The notes: a model not told the origin generated them from the letters alone. Shown: positions 49,871 to 60,298, counted from the first letter of the stretch. The stretch: 64,000 bases of DNA from an uncultured Bdellovibrionales bacterium (GCA_964609855.1 CAZSTB010000001.1:119170-183169); one strand, 5' to 3'. Program-made: numbers and translations.

Positions 49871-50617
49871 ATGAGTGACCCTTTACCCTTGGGGAAAACG
49901 TACAAATTAAAGACCCTTAAATTAATTAAACGATTTATGGGCGCCCTAAGAAATCTCAATTTTCTATCTGTAGCGGTCGTAGTGATAATTTTTGGCTTAA
50001 TGCTGCGCATTAATGACGTACAGTCAGCTGCCAGGGCTAAGGCTGAGCAGGATCTGCCTGATAAGAAAATTGAAGAAATGGTCAATAAAAGTGCTTTATT
50101 TCAAGAAAGCTACCTATTTGACAGCTCTGCTGAAACTATTGAGCAACTAAATGAGAATAATAAGACCGTTTTAAAACGGGATATTGTAAAAGATGGCTCA
50201 AATGAGCTATTTTCCAAGAAATTACAGGAAATTGTGGGTGATGCGCCTATCTCTGAAATGGTGCCATTTATCTCAAAAAGAGACGAAAAAGTTGCGGCTT
50301 TTTTGGTGGGCATTGCTAAAAAGGAGAGTAGCTGGGGACAACACGCACCTAGTCAAAACGGTAGAAATTGTCATAACTATTGGGGATATAAAGGTTCAGG
50401 CAGTTTGGGAACAGGAATGGGATATGCTTGTTTTGCAAGTGCTGAGGAGGCTGTAGAAGTTGTAGGAAATAGAATTGAGGTTTTGATAAATAAGAAAAGA
50501 GACACTCCATCTCGCATGGTCGATACCTGGAAATGTGGTACAACCTGTAAAGGTGATCCGGGAGCTCCAAGTTGGGTAGCAACTGTTGCGCTATATTTTG
50601 AAAAAATTACAAGTTAG
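49871..50617 (+). CDS. Membrane-anchored lysozyme-like protein (paralog 3)
   Basis: GIAKKESSWG...CHNYWG...WKCG. Confidence 0.65.
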   Translation: MSDPLPLGKTYKLKTLKLIKRFMGALRNLNFLSVAVVVIIFGLMLRINDVQSAARAKAEQDLPDKKIEEMVNKSALFQESYLFDSSAETIEQLNENNKTVLKRDIVKDGSNELFSKKLQEIVGDAPISEMVPFISKRDEKVAAFLVGIAKKESSWGQHAPSQNGRNCHNYWGYKGSGSLGTGMGYACFASAEEAVEVVGNRIEVLINKKRDTPSRMVDTWKCGTTCKGDPGAPSWVATVALYFEKITS

Positions 50618-50723
50618 ATAGCGGCGGCGATTTTACGCCAGTTCTCGAAAAGTCCTGCAGATGCAGGGCTTTTTTTGTTTGGCTACAATTTTCGGCTCTC
50701 TGTCATTTTGTGTGCAATTCCTG

Positions 50724-50902
50724 TGTCATTCCGAGCGAAGTGAGTCGACCAAGGGGAGATGAGCGCAGTTGAGGAATCTGAGTTAAATAATTTTTAAAAT
50801 CTGGCATTGAATGCGGATCCCTGCGCCATCGCTAAAGCTAAAGGCGGCACGCGGTCGGCTACATTTCTCCGCTATCGCGTCGTCATTTTGCTCGGGATGA
50901 CA
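50724..50902. repeat. REP/MITE-like palindromic element
   Basis: Termini TGTCATTCCGAGC / GCTCGGGATGACA; internal GGAATCT...GGATCCC and nested CGCC..GCTAAAGC..GGCG. Confidence 0.8.
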
Positions 50903-51190
50903 AATAACAAATAGTTATGGTGCAAATTGTTGTTCTTTTCTTTTGCTAAGGTGTGATTTGAACTTAGCCACCACTCTGGTTAATATAGAGTCCATTTTTC
51001 TTTAAAAGAAGATTTTAGTGTATAATGAAGTTAATATAATTCTTAATTTTAAATTTAAATTTTTTTTAAGTAATTTTTAATGATAAAGGGTAATTTGCAG
51101 AATTTAAAAAGCTCAGGAACTTGCACTTGAATATTTACATCTTATTTCATTTCAAATTTAAAAATTTAAAAATTTAAAATTTAATCAGTA

Positions 51191-52132
51191 ATGTCTTGGA
51201 TTTTTTTAGCTACAACTTCATACTTCTTTGGGGCATTAACGATTATCTTGGATAAGTATCTTTTACGTTCGGAAAAAATTTCCTCCCCCCCTATTTATGC
51301 CTTTTATGTTGGTCTAGCTGGGATGGGCGTGCTTGCATTTTCACCGCTAGCTTTTTTTTATCCTCAATTTGCATTGAAAATCATTTCTGGATATGAATTT
51401 TTGCTGGCGCTTGTCTCAGGTATCTTATTTTTGGCATCTATAACCGCGATGTATTTTGCGATTAAAAAATCTGAAGCCAGTAGGGTCACGCCTGTTGTTT
51501 ATTCAATTATCCCCCTGGTAACCCTCTCATTGTCTTGGATTATGGGTACGGAGATTTTTTCCGGGCAAAATATTTTCGGTATCGCACTTCTGATCGCAGG
51601 TGGCTTGCTTGTTTCTTTTGACTTGCCGCTTAAGCTAAAAAAGAAAAAATTCTTTGCAGGTTTTTATCTTTCTATTTTTTCTGGAATTCTAATGGGAATC
51701 TCGCTTCTTACGCTCAAGGAGATTTATCTACACCAAAGTTTTTTTAATGGTTTTGTCTGGTCACGTGGCGGAGCTTTGATTGGGTCCTTATTATTACTTC
51801 TGCACCCCTTGTGGCGCAAGGGGATAAGCAAGAGTTTTACTCACGCGCATAAAAATAAGCAAGAAAATCTTAAAACTGGAGGATTATTCGCTCTCAATAA
51901 ACTCTTGGGCGGTTCAAGCTCGGCCTTGATAAATCTTGCAATTGGTGCTGGCAGCGTCACACTGATTAGCTCCCTGATATCGATTCAATATGTTTTTGTT
52001 TTAATCATCGCAATTTTAGCAGGAAGACGGCTGCCACATATTTTTGAAGAAAGAATGCATTTTTGGGATTGGGCACAGAAAGTCATGGCCATTTTTATTA
52101 TAGCAGTCGGCATGTTCTACATTTTTAAATAA
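51191..52132 (+). CDS. EamA/DMT family transporter
   Basis: ~10 TM; ILDKYLL, AIKKSEASRVTP. Confidence 0.82.
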   Translation: MSWIFLATTSYFFGALTIILDKYLLRSEKISSPPIYAFYVGLAGMGVLAFSPLAFFYPQFALKIISGYEFLLALVSGILFLASITAMYFAIKKSEASRVTPVVYSIIPLVTLSLSWIMGTEIFSGQNIFGIALLIAGGLLVSFDLPLKLKKKKFFAGFYLSIFSGILMGISLLTLKEIYLHQSFFNGFVWSRGGALIGSLLLLLHPLWRKGISKSFTHAHKNKQENLKTGGLFALNKLLGGSSSALINLAIGAGSVTLISSLISIQYVFVLIIAILAGRRLPHIFEERMHFWDWAQKVMAIFIIAVGMFYIFK

Positions 52133-53203
52133 ATGTACTCTAAATCTAAATCTAAATCTAAAATAATTATGGATCCAAGTAAAAAGCTGGCTGATTTTGG
52201 AAAAAAAACCATGCAAATCCTACTATACATTTTCGGAAGCCTTTTAGTGCTGGTGATTATTTTTTTTATCTGGATTAATTTACCAGTAAGCGCTAGAAAA
52301 GAGAATGTCAAAGTCGGTGTTACCTTCTCGAATATTTATGCTGAGCAAATCGGACTTGATTGGCGTCAGGTATATCTTGCTATGCTTAGTGAGCTTAATA
52401 TTAAGGATATCAGACTTCCGGTTTATTGGGATCGAGTGGAGACGGGTCCTGGCCAGTATGATTTTACAGATTTGGATTGGCAACTGCAGCAAGCTCAAGC
52501 GCATGGAGCAAGGGTGATTCTAGTTATTGGCGAAAAAGTTCCAAGATGGCCGGAATGCTATGTTCCTAAATGGGTAGGAGTCGATGAAAAAGATCTTACT
52601 GGAAAATTATTGGCCTTTGAAGTTGAAGTGATAAACAGGTATAAGGATGGACATCCGGAGATAATTCATTGGCAGGTTGAAAACGAGCCATTTTTAGGAT
52701 TTGGAATCTGCGGTGAAGTTGATCCGGCAAGACTTGATGCTGAAATTGCTCAAACGCGCAGACTTGATTCATCTCGTTCTATAATAGTTACTGATAGTGG
52801 GGAACTTAGTCTTTGGATAAAGGCAGCTTCGCGAGCTGACATCTTTGGTACTACTATGTATCGCGAAGTTTACAGCGCGGAAATGGGTCACTGGCGTTAT
52901 CCTATTGGGCCAAATTTTTTCAAGGCCAAACAGTTGTTGATTAGAATTTTTGCAAAACAAAAAAATGCGATTGTAATTGAACTTCAAGGTGAGCCATGGG
53001 TAAAGGGATGGACTGTGGATGCACCTGTTGATGTTCAGCTTGCTTCAATGAACTCTTCCATTCTTATGGATAATGTGGAATTTGCCAAAAAAACAGGAAT
53101 GGACGAAATCTATGTTTGGGGCGTCGAGTGGTGGTATTGGATGAAAACAAATCAAAATAACGCGACACTTTGGGAGACTGCAAAGAGTTTTAATGAAAAA
53201 TAA
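52133..53203 (+). CDS. Membrane-anchored clan GH-A glycoside hydrolase
   Basis: IRLPVYWDRVE...YDF..LDW, WQVENEP (acid/base), IELQGEPW; true start may be 52169 or 52211. Confidence 0.78.
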   Translation: MYSKSKSKSKIIMDPSKKLADFGKKTMQILLYIFGSLLVLVIIFFIWINLPVSARKENVKVGVTFSNIYAEQIGLDWRQVYLAMLSELNIKDIRLPVYWDRVETGPGQYDFTDLDWQLQQAQAHGARVILVIGEKVPRWPECYVPKWVGVDEKDLTGKLLAFEVEVINRYKDGHPEIIHWQVENEPFLGFGICGEVDPARLDAEIAQTRRLDSSRSIIVTDSGELSLWIKAASRADIFGTTMYREVYSAEMGHWRYPIGPNFFKAKQLLIRIFAKQKNAIVIELQGEPWVKGWTVDAPVDVQLASMNSSILMDNVEFAKKTGMDEIYVWGVEWWYWMKTNQNNATLWETAKSFNEK

Positions 53204-53245
53204 AATCCCTGTAAATTTCGACCAAATCGGCAAGACAAATACGAA

Positions 53246-54394
53246 ATGCAAGCATACATTCCTCATAGAAATAAAAAGCACTCGTGGCGGACAGCAATCT
53301 TTGTTGTTTTTATGGTGCTTATTTCTGCGGCGGTGACATATTCCGTGAAAGCATATTCTCAAAATCTTAAAACCGTGGCGACACTTGAAAAGTCATTAGT
53401 TGATGAATTCACTTCTGGTTTAGTTTTGAATTTTTCAATTCCCGTTAATCAAGCTAGCGTTGAAAAAAAATTGACTTTAATGCCCACACAAAAAATCATT
53501 ATGCGGTGGGAGAATAGCAGTCGGCTTATAATTTTGCCTGTAGAGAGTTGGAGAAATCAAGTAGAATACAGAATAAATCTGGAGGGGGAGAATATCTTTT
53601 TTCAAAGTTTTACGCAAGAATTAAATTTTAAGACACGCTCTTTTCCAATGATCCAGGAAACTTTCCCGCAAGACGGCCAAAGAGACGTTTCGGTAGATAT
53701 CGAGCAACCTATAAAAATAAAGTTCAATGCTTCTCTGGAAGATTTCAATGTGAATTTTAAGGTAAATCCTCGCACTTCATTGACTTGGCAATTAAATGAA
53801 GAAAAAACCGAGGTGAGCTTATTGGCTACTGATGACTTTTCTTGGGACACGCAATATTCAATAGCTGTAATGATCAAGCATAAAAAGCAGACAGATAATG
53901 AATATGTGAAAACGAAGCAAATAACTTTCCGCACGGCGAAAAAGCCTCAACTTGAAGCTTGGGAGTCTAATCCCTTGCTTCGAGTAGAGCAGGCAAAGAA
54001 GTTTGCAGTCGCAAGAATTAAAGCTGGAAAATATATTGATATTGATCTAGTTCATCAAGTGATGGTAATTTTTGAAGATGGAAAAGCGCTCGATTCCTTT
54101 ATGATTTCTTCGGGAAAAAAAGGGATGGAAACTCCACAAGGTGAATTTTCAATTCAAAACAAGCACCCTCGTGCATGGTCCAGGAAGTATGCTCTTTTTA
54201 TGCCTAATTGGATGGCGATAGTTCCCTCTGGGGAATATGGTATCCATGAACTTCCAGAGTGGCCAGGCGGGTATAAGGAGGGCGCAGATCATCTTGGCAA
54301 GCCAGTCTCGCATGGTTGTGTGCGACTTGGTGAGGATAGTGCTGAAAAAGTATATGCCTGGACTGAAACTGGAACACCGGTCGTGATTCACTAA
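53246..54394 (+). CDS. L,D-transpeptidase (YkuD) with Ig-like domains
   Basis: ISSGKKGMETPQG, YGIH, SHGCVRL. Confidence 0.92.
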   Translation: MQAYIPHRNKKHSWRTAIFVVFMVLISAAVTYSVKAYSQNLKTVATLEKSLVDEFTSGLVLNFSIPVNQASVEKKLTLMPTQKIIMRWENSSRLIILPVESWRNQVEYRINLEGENIFFQSFTQELNFKTRSFPMIQETFPQDGQRDVSVDIEQPIKIKFNASLEDFNVNFKVNPRTSLTWQLNEEKTEVSLLATDDFSWDTQYSIAVMIKHKKQTDNEYVKTKQITFRTAKKPQLEAWESNPLLRVEQAKKFAVARIKAGKYIDIDLVHQVMVIFEDGKALDSFMISSGKKGMETPQGEFSIQNKHPRAWSRKYALFMPNWMAIVPSGEYGIHELPEWPGGYKEGADHLGKPVSHGCVRLGEDSAEKVYAWTETGTPVVIH

Positions 54395-54525
54395 TGGATA
54401 TATTTTTGCTATAATGAAAGAAGAATGTAGACTTTTTCTATGGGCGTCATTGTTTTTGCTGAAAAGCAAATTTGGGAGATAGGAATTTTCATTGCATTTT
54501 TCTTCACTAAAAATAAAATATAAAA

Positions 54526-56169
54526 ATGAAAAATTTTAAAAAGAATAGTTTTGTTTTTTTTGGCATTATTTTTTTTACAGCTGCAAGCGTATTTATTGCT
54601 ACGAATCTTCTTGCGCAAACCCAAGCTGGAATTGATTTTGATACTACAGCTTCTGCTTCGGTTTGCGGTAGTGCTAATGGCGGTGCGTTTAGTGAGCCTC
54701 CAAAGGCTGAAACATTATGTTTGAACGGAACAGCTAAGCCTGATATTCCAGGCTTTGCTAATAATCAATGGCTTTGGTATTGTTCAAATGCGATTGCAAC
54801 GGTTAAATGCGGAGCAAGCTTTTTAATCCCAGCTTCCAAGCAAATAATCAATGGTGCCTGCGGCTTAAATAGTAGTGATGCTGTGAGGATAGCGCCAAGT
54901 GGCGCAGCTCTTTGTGCTGCCGGAACCAGTGGCGAGGTAAAAACTACTTCAGAAGGTTGGAGCTGGTTTTGTTTGGGCGCGAACGGTGGAGATAATGCAC
55001 AGTGTCAGATAAAGAAAAGTGTAACGATTACGCAGGTTGTTACAAACGGAGAGTGCGGAGCTTCAAATGGTAAAACTTTTTCAACGGCTCCTGCGAGTGG
55101 ACTTTGTTTGAGAGGAGCTGCTACGAATGTTTTAAATATAGGTGATAAATGGAATTGGAAATGCGAGGGAATAAATGGAGGTGCGGTTGCAAATTGTGCC
55201 GCTGGTAAGACAGCTTCCATAACATCATCTACGACAAATCCAAGTACTGCAACTTCCAAGACGGAAACCACGCCTACATATCAATCAGGCTCCTTTACGC
55301 AAAGTAGTCCAGTTGTGGAAGAAAAAAATATCTCCGAAGAGCAAGTTTCCGCGTCTACATCCAATGTTGTCAAAGAAGATGTTGGAGAAGTTATTTGTGG
55401 CGCAGCAAACGGCTGGTCATTTGAAAATGTTCCATCCGACAACACTTTTTGCATGAATGGATTCATGACTGATTTTAAAACGCTTAGTAATGGCTGGGCA
55501 TGGAAATGTACAGTTTCTGGTAAAGAAGTTCAATGTGGGGCAGGAAAAACGGCACAGTTGCAGAATTTTTCAAGGGAGATTTCAGTTCAGCAGCAGCAAG
55601 TCAGTCAAAAAATAATATTAGAAAGTTTGGAAAAAGTTCAGCCTGCGGTACCTGAAGTGCGCGATGGAAAATCTTTTGAAAGTCCTAAGCAAGCAGGGGA
55701 GATTGATTGGGAACTTAAAGTGGAGCATGTCGGGATGGTGGAGCAGGCGGGCGCTAAGAAAGTTGCGCTTGTTGGAAAGGCGCAGCCGGAAACTTTCATC
55801 ACTATTTTTGTGTATAGCGAAGATCCTGTAGTGATCACTGTTAAAGCAGATAAGGATGGAAACTGGCATTACGCTCTAGATAAAGAGTTAGCGGATGGGG
55901 AACATGAGGTTTATGTTGCGGTTACCGATGAGGAGGGAAAAGTAATGAAGAAAAGTGAACCGCTTGCATTTGTTAAGACGGCACAAGCAGCTACTGCCAT
56001 TGCTAGCGAGAGAATTGGTAATATCGAAAATAATAAATCACCATTGCAACGAGCTGGACAAAGTTTTTTAGCGGTAGGAGTTGTCATTATAATGGTGTTT
56101 TTCGCACTAGCTCTGACATTGATTGGCGTTTTAACTCATAAGCATAACGGAGATGAAGAAATTTCTTAA
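54526..56169 (+). CDS. Surface protein with four Cys/Trp repeats, Ig-like domain and C-terminal TM
   Basis: CG..NG...P....C..G.....W.W.C......C x4; ADKDGNWHY...DGEHEVYV. Confidence 0.8.
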   Translation: MKNFKKNSFVFFGIIFFTAASVFIATNLLAQTQAGIDFDTTASASVCGSANGGAFSEPPKAETLCLNGTAKPDIPGFANNQWLWYCSNAIATVKCGASFLIPASKQIINGACGLNSSDAVRIAPSGAALCAAGTSGEVKTTSEGWSWFCLGANGGDNAQCQIKKSVTITQVVTNGECGASNGKTFSTAPASGLCLRGAATNVLNIGDKWNWKCEGINGGAVANCAAGKTASITSSTTNPSTATSKTETTPTYQSGSFTQSSPVVEEKNISEEQVSASTSNVVKEDVGEVICGAANGWSFENVPSDNTFCMNGFMTDFKTLSNGWAWKCTVSGKEVQCGAGKTAQLQNFSREISVQQQQVSQKIILESLEKVQPAVPEVRDGKSFESPKQAGEIDWELKVEHVGMVEQAGAKKVALVGKAQPETFITIFVYSEDPVVITVKADKDGNWHYALDKELADGEHEVYVAVTDEEGKVMKKSEPLAFVKTAQAATAIASERIGNIENNKSPLQRAGQSFLAVGVVIIMVFFALALTLIGVLTHKHNGDEEIS

Positions 56170-57529
56170 AAGAGGCATTGAATTTGTTAGCAAGAATCCC
56201 ACCATTATATCTTCACTGATACTTATTTTTGTTGTTGTTTCCGCAATTTTTTTGAATTCTTTTTTTACATTAAACAAATTTCAGGAAAATTTAGATACAA
56301 CTCTTAGGACAAAAGCAGTTTTAGCTGAGAATGTTTTAGGAATTGCGGCCGATAAATATTTTTCAGATATCAAAAATAATGCGCCTGAGCTGGAAACAAA
56401 AATAAATGCCATTCGTCAACAAAGTTCTGAAGTTTCAGAAATAACGATTTATGTTTTTAATGATGAGAAAAAAGATTTTGTGCCGCTTATCTCTACTGAA
56501 CATAATGAAAACAATCCAACTTCTTCTGAGACGGATTTGGTTGCGCAAAATGCGCGCAAATTTGCAGGATCAGTGAATGACGCTTTTGCATATGTGAGTA
56601 ATTTCGAAGGAGAGCGTTTTTGGAATGTAGTTAAGGCGCTGCGGTTGCCTGACGGGAATGTTGCAGGAATTTTATCAATGAAATTTTCTTTAGCTAAATC
56701 GGATGAATTAGTAAGAGAAACGATCCTGCGGGTTTATGCACTTTCGGTTGGCGCTGTAATTGTGGTACTACTTTTGATGTTGAATCATATCAGACTTTTT
56801 ACTTTTGAAATTAAAGCAAAAAAACTGGAAGAGATTGATAAAATGAAAGATGATTTCATTTCTATGGCTTCCCATGAGCTTAAAAGTCCGTTAACGGCAA
56901 TCAGCGGATATACGGATTTACTTGTGGATACAATTTCCTGTGAATCCGAAAAAGCAGTTGCACTGCAGCAACGGAAATATTTAGATAACATAAATATTTC
57001 CGTAGATAGGCTTAAGACATTGGTGGAAGATTTATTGGTGGTTTCCAGAATCGAACAAAATAGGTTGCCTGTTGAATGTGTGAACATGAACGCTACAAAT
57101 ATTGCTGGACAAATTATTGATGAAATGAAAGTTACCTCAGATCAGAAAGGGCTATTGCTTAAAAAATCTCTATCCGAGGTTTCGAATGTCTTGGCTGACC
57201 CTGAACGAGTTAAACAGATCATGGTAAACCTACTTAGTAATGCGATAAAATACACTGAAAAAGGTACAGTGGAAATTATTTCAAAGGAGGATGCGGAAGC
57301 GGTTTATATAACCGTCGCTGACACAGGCATGGGTATTTCGGCAGAAAATATGCAACAGCTTTTTTCCAAGTTCTATCGCGTGAAAAACTCCCAGACAATG
57401 CAAATTTCCGGAACTGGACTTGGTCTTTGGATTGCGCGTGAAATTGCCCAAAAGATGGGCGGAAATCTTACTGTGGAGAGTATTGAAGGCGTGGGGTCGC
57501 ATTTCACCCTTAAATTGAAAAAAAATTAA
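56153..57529 (+). CDS. Sensor histidine kinase
   Basis: Two TM; SHELKSPL, NLLSNAIKY, DTGMGI, GTGLGL. Confidence 0.95.
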   Translation: MKKFLKRGIEFVSKNPTIISSLILIFVVVSAIFLNSFFTLNKFQENLDTTLRTKAVLAENVLGIAADKYFSDIKNNAPELETKINAIRQQSSEVSEITIYVFNDEKKDFVPLISTEHNENNPTSSETDLVAQNARKFAGSVNDAFAYVSNFEGERFWNVVKALRLPDGNVAGILSMKFSLAKSDELVRETILRVYALSVGAVIVVLLLMLNHIRLFTFEIKAKKLEEIDKMKDDFISMASHELKSPLTAISGYTDLLVDTISCESEKAVALQQRKYLDNINISVDRLKTLVEDLLVVSRIEQNRLPVECVNMNATNIAGQIIDEMKVTSDQKGLLLKKSLSEVSNVLADPERVKQIMVNLLSNAIKYTEKGTVEIISKEDAEAVYITVADTGMGISAENMQQLFSKFYRVKNSQTMQISGTGLGLWIAREIAQKMGGNLTVESIEGVGSHFTLKLKKN

Positions 57530-57633
57530 ACGCGATACGAAACTACGAATTCATTCGAATATGACGAATGGAATGCAAGAATCTAAATTTGTAGATTCGC
57601 AATAATTTGTAGATTCGAATCGGTTAGATATTT

Positions 57634-58344
57634 ATGAATAAACAACAAAAAATAGCAATCTTTGATATTGATGGAACAATTTTTCGCAAAAATCTACAGT
57701 TTGAACTGATTAATGAAATGTCATGGATGGATATTTTTCCGCGCAAAGTCAGAGACCAAATCGTCACCTTATACACGAACTGGATTGAGCATAAGGGTAC
57801 ATATGAGCAATATAGGGCAGGGCTGGTGGATTTATATGAGAAATATATTTGCGGTTGTAGGCTTACTGATGTGCAGCGAGCCAGTAAGGCTGTTGTTTCC
57901 TTTCATCAAGATAGGACTTATGTTTTTGCAGAAAAGATTATTTCCAAGCTTAGAAAAGAGGGCTATCATTTGATTGCGATTTCTGGTTCGCCGATTGAAA
58001 TTGTACGCGAATATGACGTTAAGCATCTTAAATTCGATGCTGTCTTTGGCAGCGTATACGACATCGATGCCAAAGGAAAGTATACCGGCAAGACTGATTA
58101 CGAACCAGTGCAGCATAAGGGCGCTCTTGTAAAGCAATATGTTTACGAGCATGATTTAACGCTTGAAGACTCTTACGGCATGGGTGATACTGAATCTGAT
58201 GCTAGTTTTTTGGAGCTTGTGGCTAATCCGATTGCTTTCAATCCTAACGAGAATCTTAGAGCAATTGCAGAAGCCAAGGGATGGAGAATAGTTGTGGAAA
58301 AGAAAGATGTCATTTATGATATGACTAGCTGCGTATTAATATGA
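57634..58344 (+). CDS. HAD family hydrolase (subfamily IB)
   Basis: FDIDGT, ISGS, GDTESD, NP. Confidence 0.9.
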   Translation: MNKQQKIAIFDIDGTIFRKNLQFELINEMSWMDIFPRKVRDQIVTLYTNWIEHKGTYEQYRAGLVDLYEKYICGCRLTDVQRASKAVVSFHQDRTYVFAEKIISKLRKEGYHLIAISGSPIEIVREYDVKHLKFDAVFGSVYDIDAKGKYTGKTDYEPVQHKGALVKQYVYEHDLTLEDSYGMGDTESDASFLELVANPIAFNPNENLRAIAEAKGWRIVVEKKDVIYDMTSCVLI

Positions 58345-58359
58345 AAATAATGCAATAAT

Positions 58360-58467
58360 ATGACACTCAACGAATTCCTTGAAAAGAAAATTATTAAAAG
58401 ATTCCTTTGGCTTTGGTTGCCAATCCATGCATTTCGGCGTCTCACTAAGGAGATTAAGAATAAATGA
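58360..58467 (+). CDS. Small protein (35 aa), not in ORF track
   Basis: MTLNEFLEKKIIKRFLWLWLPIHAFRRLTKEIKNK; starts 15 nt after the HAD stop. Confidence 0.5.
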   Translation: MTLNEFLEKKIIKRFLWLWLPIHAFRRLTKEIKNK

Positions 58468-58778
58468 GTCAGGTTTAAGTTGCAATAAGTTTATTGGCAT
58501 GCGTGAGAATCTTACGCGAAAATATTGGTAGTTATCATTGTTTCTTACCGTTGATGATTTTATCCTTAGATTGGATCACTAAATTTATTGCACTGGAGGC
58601 TTTAAAAAACTTGGCAGAACTTCTAATATTAGCTAGTTGCTAAGATTATCCTGAGAAAAAAAGAATATACAACAATCCTATTACTTGTGGGTCATATTGC
58701 TTATTGAGAGTCATGGAATTTTAAAAAAATTCTGAAATATGCTATAATCTAAAAAGTTAGTTTGGCTTAAGATTATAA

Positions 58779-60035
58779 GTGAAAAATATGTTAGGCAAAA
58801 TAAAAAATTTCTTCAAAGACCATTATCACATCCTTTTCAAATCTGCAGCAGTCAATCACTTGCGTATTCAGGAAATCTTGAAAAGCCCTGATGGGACATA
58901 TAATCTGACTGTAAAGTTCGGATCATATTCCGAGCTTAAAAAATATCAGCGAAAAATGAGAAGGCTCACGATCAGTCTTTCTTCAGCAGTGGCGATGGTT
59001 GTCGTGGCTCTTGTTGTTGCGCCCTATGTCATGAATCCAAACAGATCAAGCGCTTCAAATTTTTTGTGGACGCAGAATTCCTGGACCACACAATCTAACG
59101 CTGCCAAAACTTATCCTTCTAATGGAGGGGTTGAATATGTTTCAAAAACTACCAACATTGATTTGACTGGCGGAAAAATAGCCATGGCAACTCCAACCGT
59201 GGCGAGTACGGGTGATTCGAGTTATTCAACTGCACCGGACGGATTTTATCTGGATGGCAGCGCCCGCGTTTTGAAAAAAGTTCAAGGTGCGACATGTGGA
59301 GGTGTTGGAGAATGTAAATCAGGACTTTGCACAAATGGAACTTGTTGCAATGATGCTTGCTGCGGAGTTTCTTCCATTACGGATAATCGCGATACTAATA
59401 ATCCGACTTATGAAACTGTCGCACTTGGAACACAATGTTGGCTGAAAAGAAATTTGAATGTAGGAACGATGATAGGTTCGAAATTAGCTGACAATGTGAC
59501 CTATCAAAATCAAGCAAACAACTCCATTGTTGAAAAATATTGCTTTAATTATGTCAAACAAGGGGATGCAACTCAAATAGCTACGGGAAACAGTAATTGC
59601 GCATCGTACGGAGGACTTTATCAATGGCCCGAGGCAAACGCTTTGTCTGCCAGTTGCATTTCGACAAGTTGCGCTGTGCCAAGTCCGAATCAGGGGATCT
59701 GTCCCGCTGGTTGGCATGTTCCGACGGATGCGGAAATTAAAACTTTGGAAATGCATTTTGGTATGTCTCAGACAGATGCTGATGGAACTGGTTGGCGAGG
59801 AACGGTGTCTGCCTCATTTAGGACTGGGCTTAATATTTTATCTGCAGCTGGGTATTTCAGCCAGTCAAGCATGGCTTTTTCTAATAATGGTGGTACGAAT
59901 ACAGGGTTAGCAACCGCTACTGAAAATAGCACAACTACTGCATGGTATCGCGAGCTTAATAGCTCTCTTGCCGGTATACAACGTGGTATTCCATCAAAAA
60001 TATCAGCGTATCCATTAAGGTGTGTCAAGAATTAG
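58779..60035 (+). CDS. Membrane-anchored FISUMP (Fib_succ_major) domain protein
   Basis: YETVALGTQCWLKRNLNVG, YGGLYQW, QGICPAGWHVPTDAE, PLRCVK. Confidence 0.9.
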   Translation: MKNMLGKIKNFFKDHYHILFKSAAVNHLRIQEILKSPDGTYNLTVKFGSYSELKKYQRKMRRLTISLSSAVAMVVVALVVAPYVMNPNRSSASNFLWTQNSWTTQSNAAKTYPSNGGVEYVSKTTNIDLTGGKIAMATPTVASTGDSSYSTAPDGFYLDGSARVLKKVQGATCGGVGECKSGLCTNGTCCNDACCGVSSITDNRDTNNPTYETVALGTQCWLKRNLNVGTMIGSKLADNVTYQNQANNSIVEKYCFNYVKQGDATQIATGNSNCASYGGLYQWPEANALSASCISTSCAVPSPNQGICPAGWHVPTDAEIKTLEMHFGMSQTDADGTGWRGTVSASFRTGLNILSAAGYFSQSSMAFSNNGGTNTGLATATENSTTTAWYRELNSSLAGIQRGIPSKISAYPLRCVKN

Positions 60036-60054
60036 AGTAATAAGAATAAAAAAT

Positions 60055-60294
60055 ATGTCTAAAAAAATAAAAAACATTTTATCTCTTTCTGTCCTGGTCT
60101 TTGTCGTCGGTTTTGTTGGCGCATTTTTGGGAAAAAGTTTTGAAAAAACCAAACTTGGTCAAAAACTGGAAAAAACCTTTGGCATCAAAAGTGAAAACAA
60201 ATCCGTTGAGACTGCTCAGGCCACAAGTTGCATCGAGCAAGCACAAGAAGAAGACAACAGCGTGATGTTTGTGGGGTGCAATGGGATATTTTAG
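60055..60294 (+). CDS. Small membrane/secreted protein with C-terminal Cys pair
   Basis: TM, then AQA-TSCIEQAQEEDNSVMFVGCNGIF. Confidence 0.7.
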   Translation: MSKKIKNILSLSVLVFVVGFVGAFLGKSFEKTKLGQKLEKTFGIKSENKSVETAQATSCIEQAQEEDNSVMFVGCNGIF

Positions 60295-60298
60295 GGGA

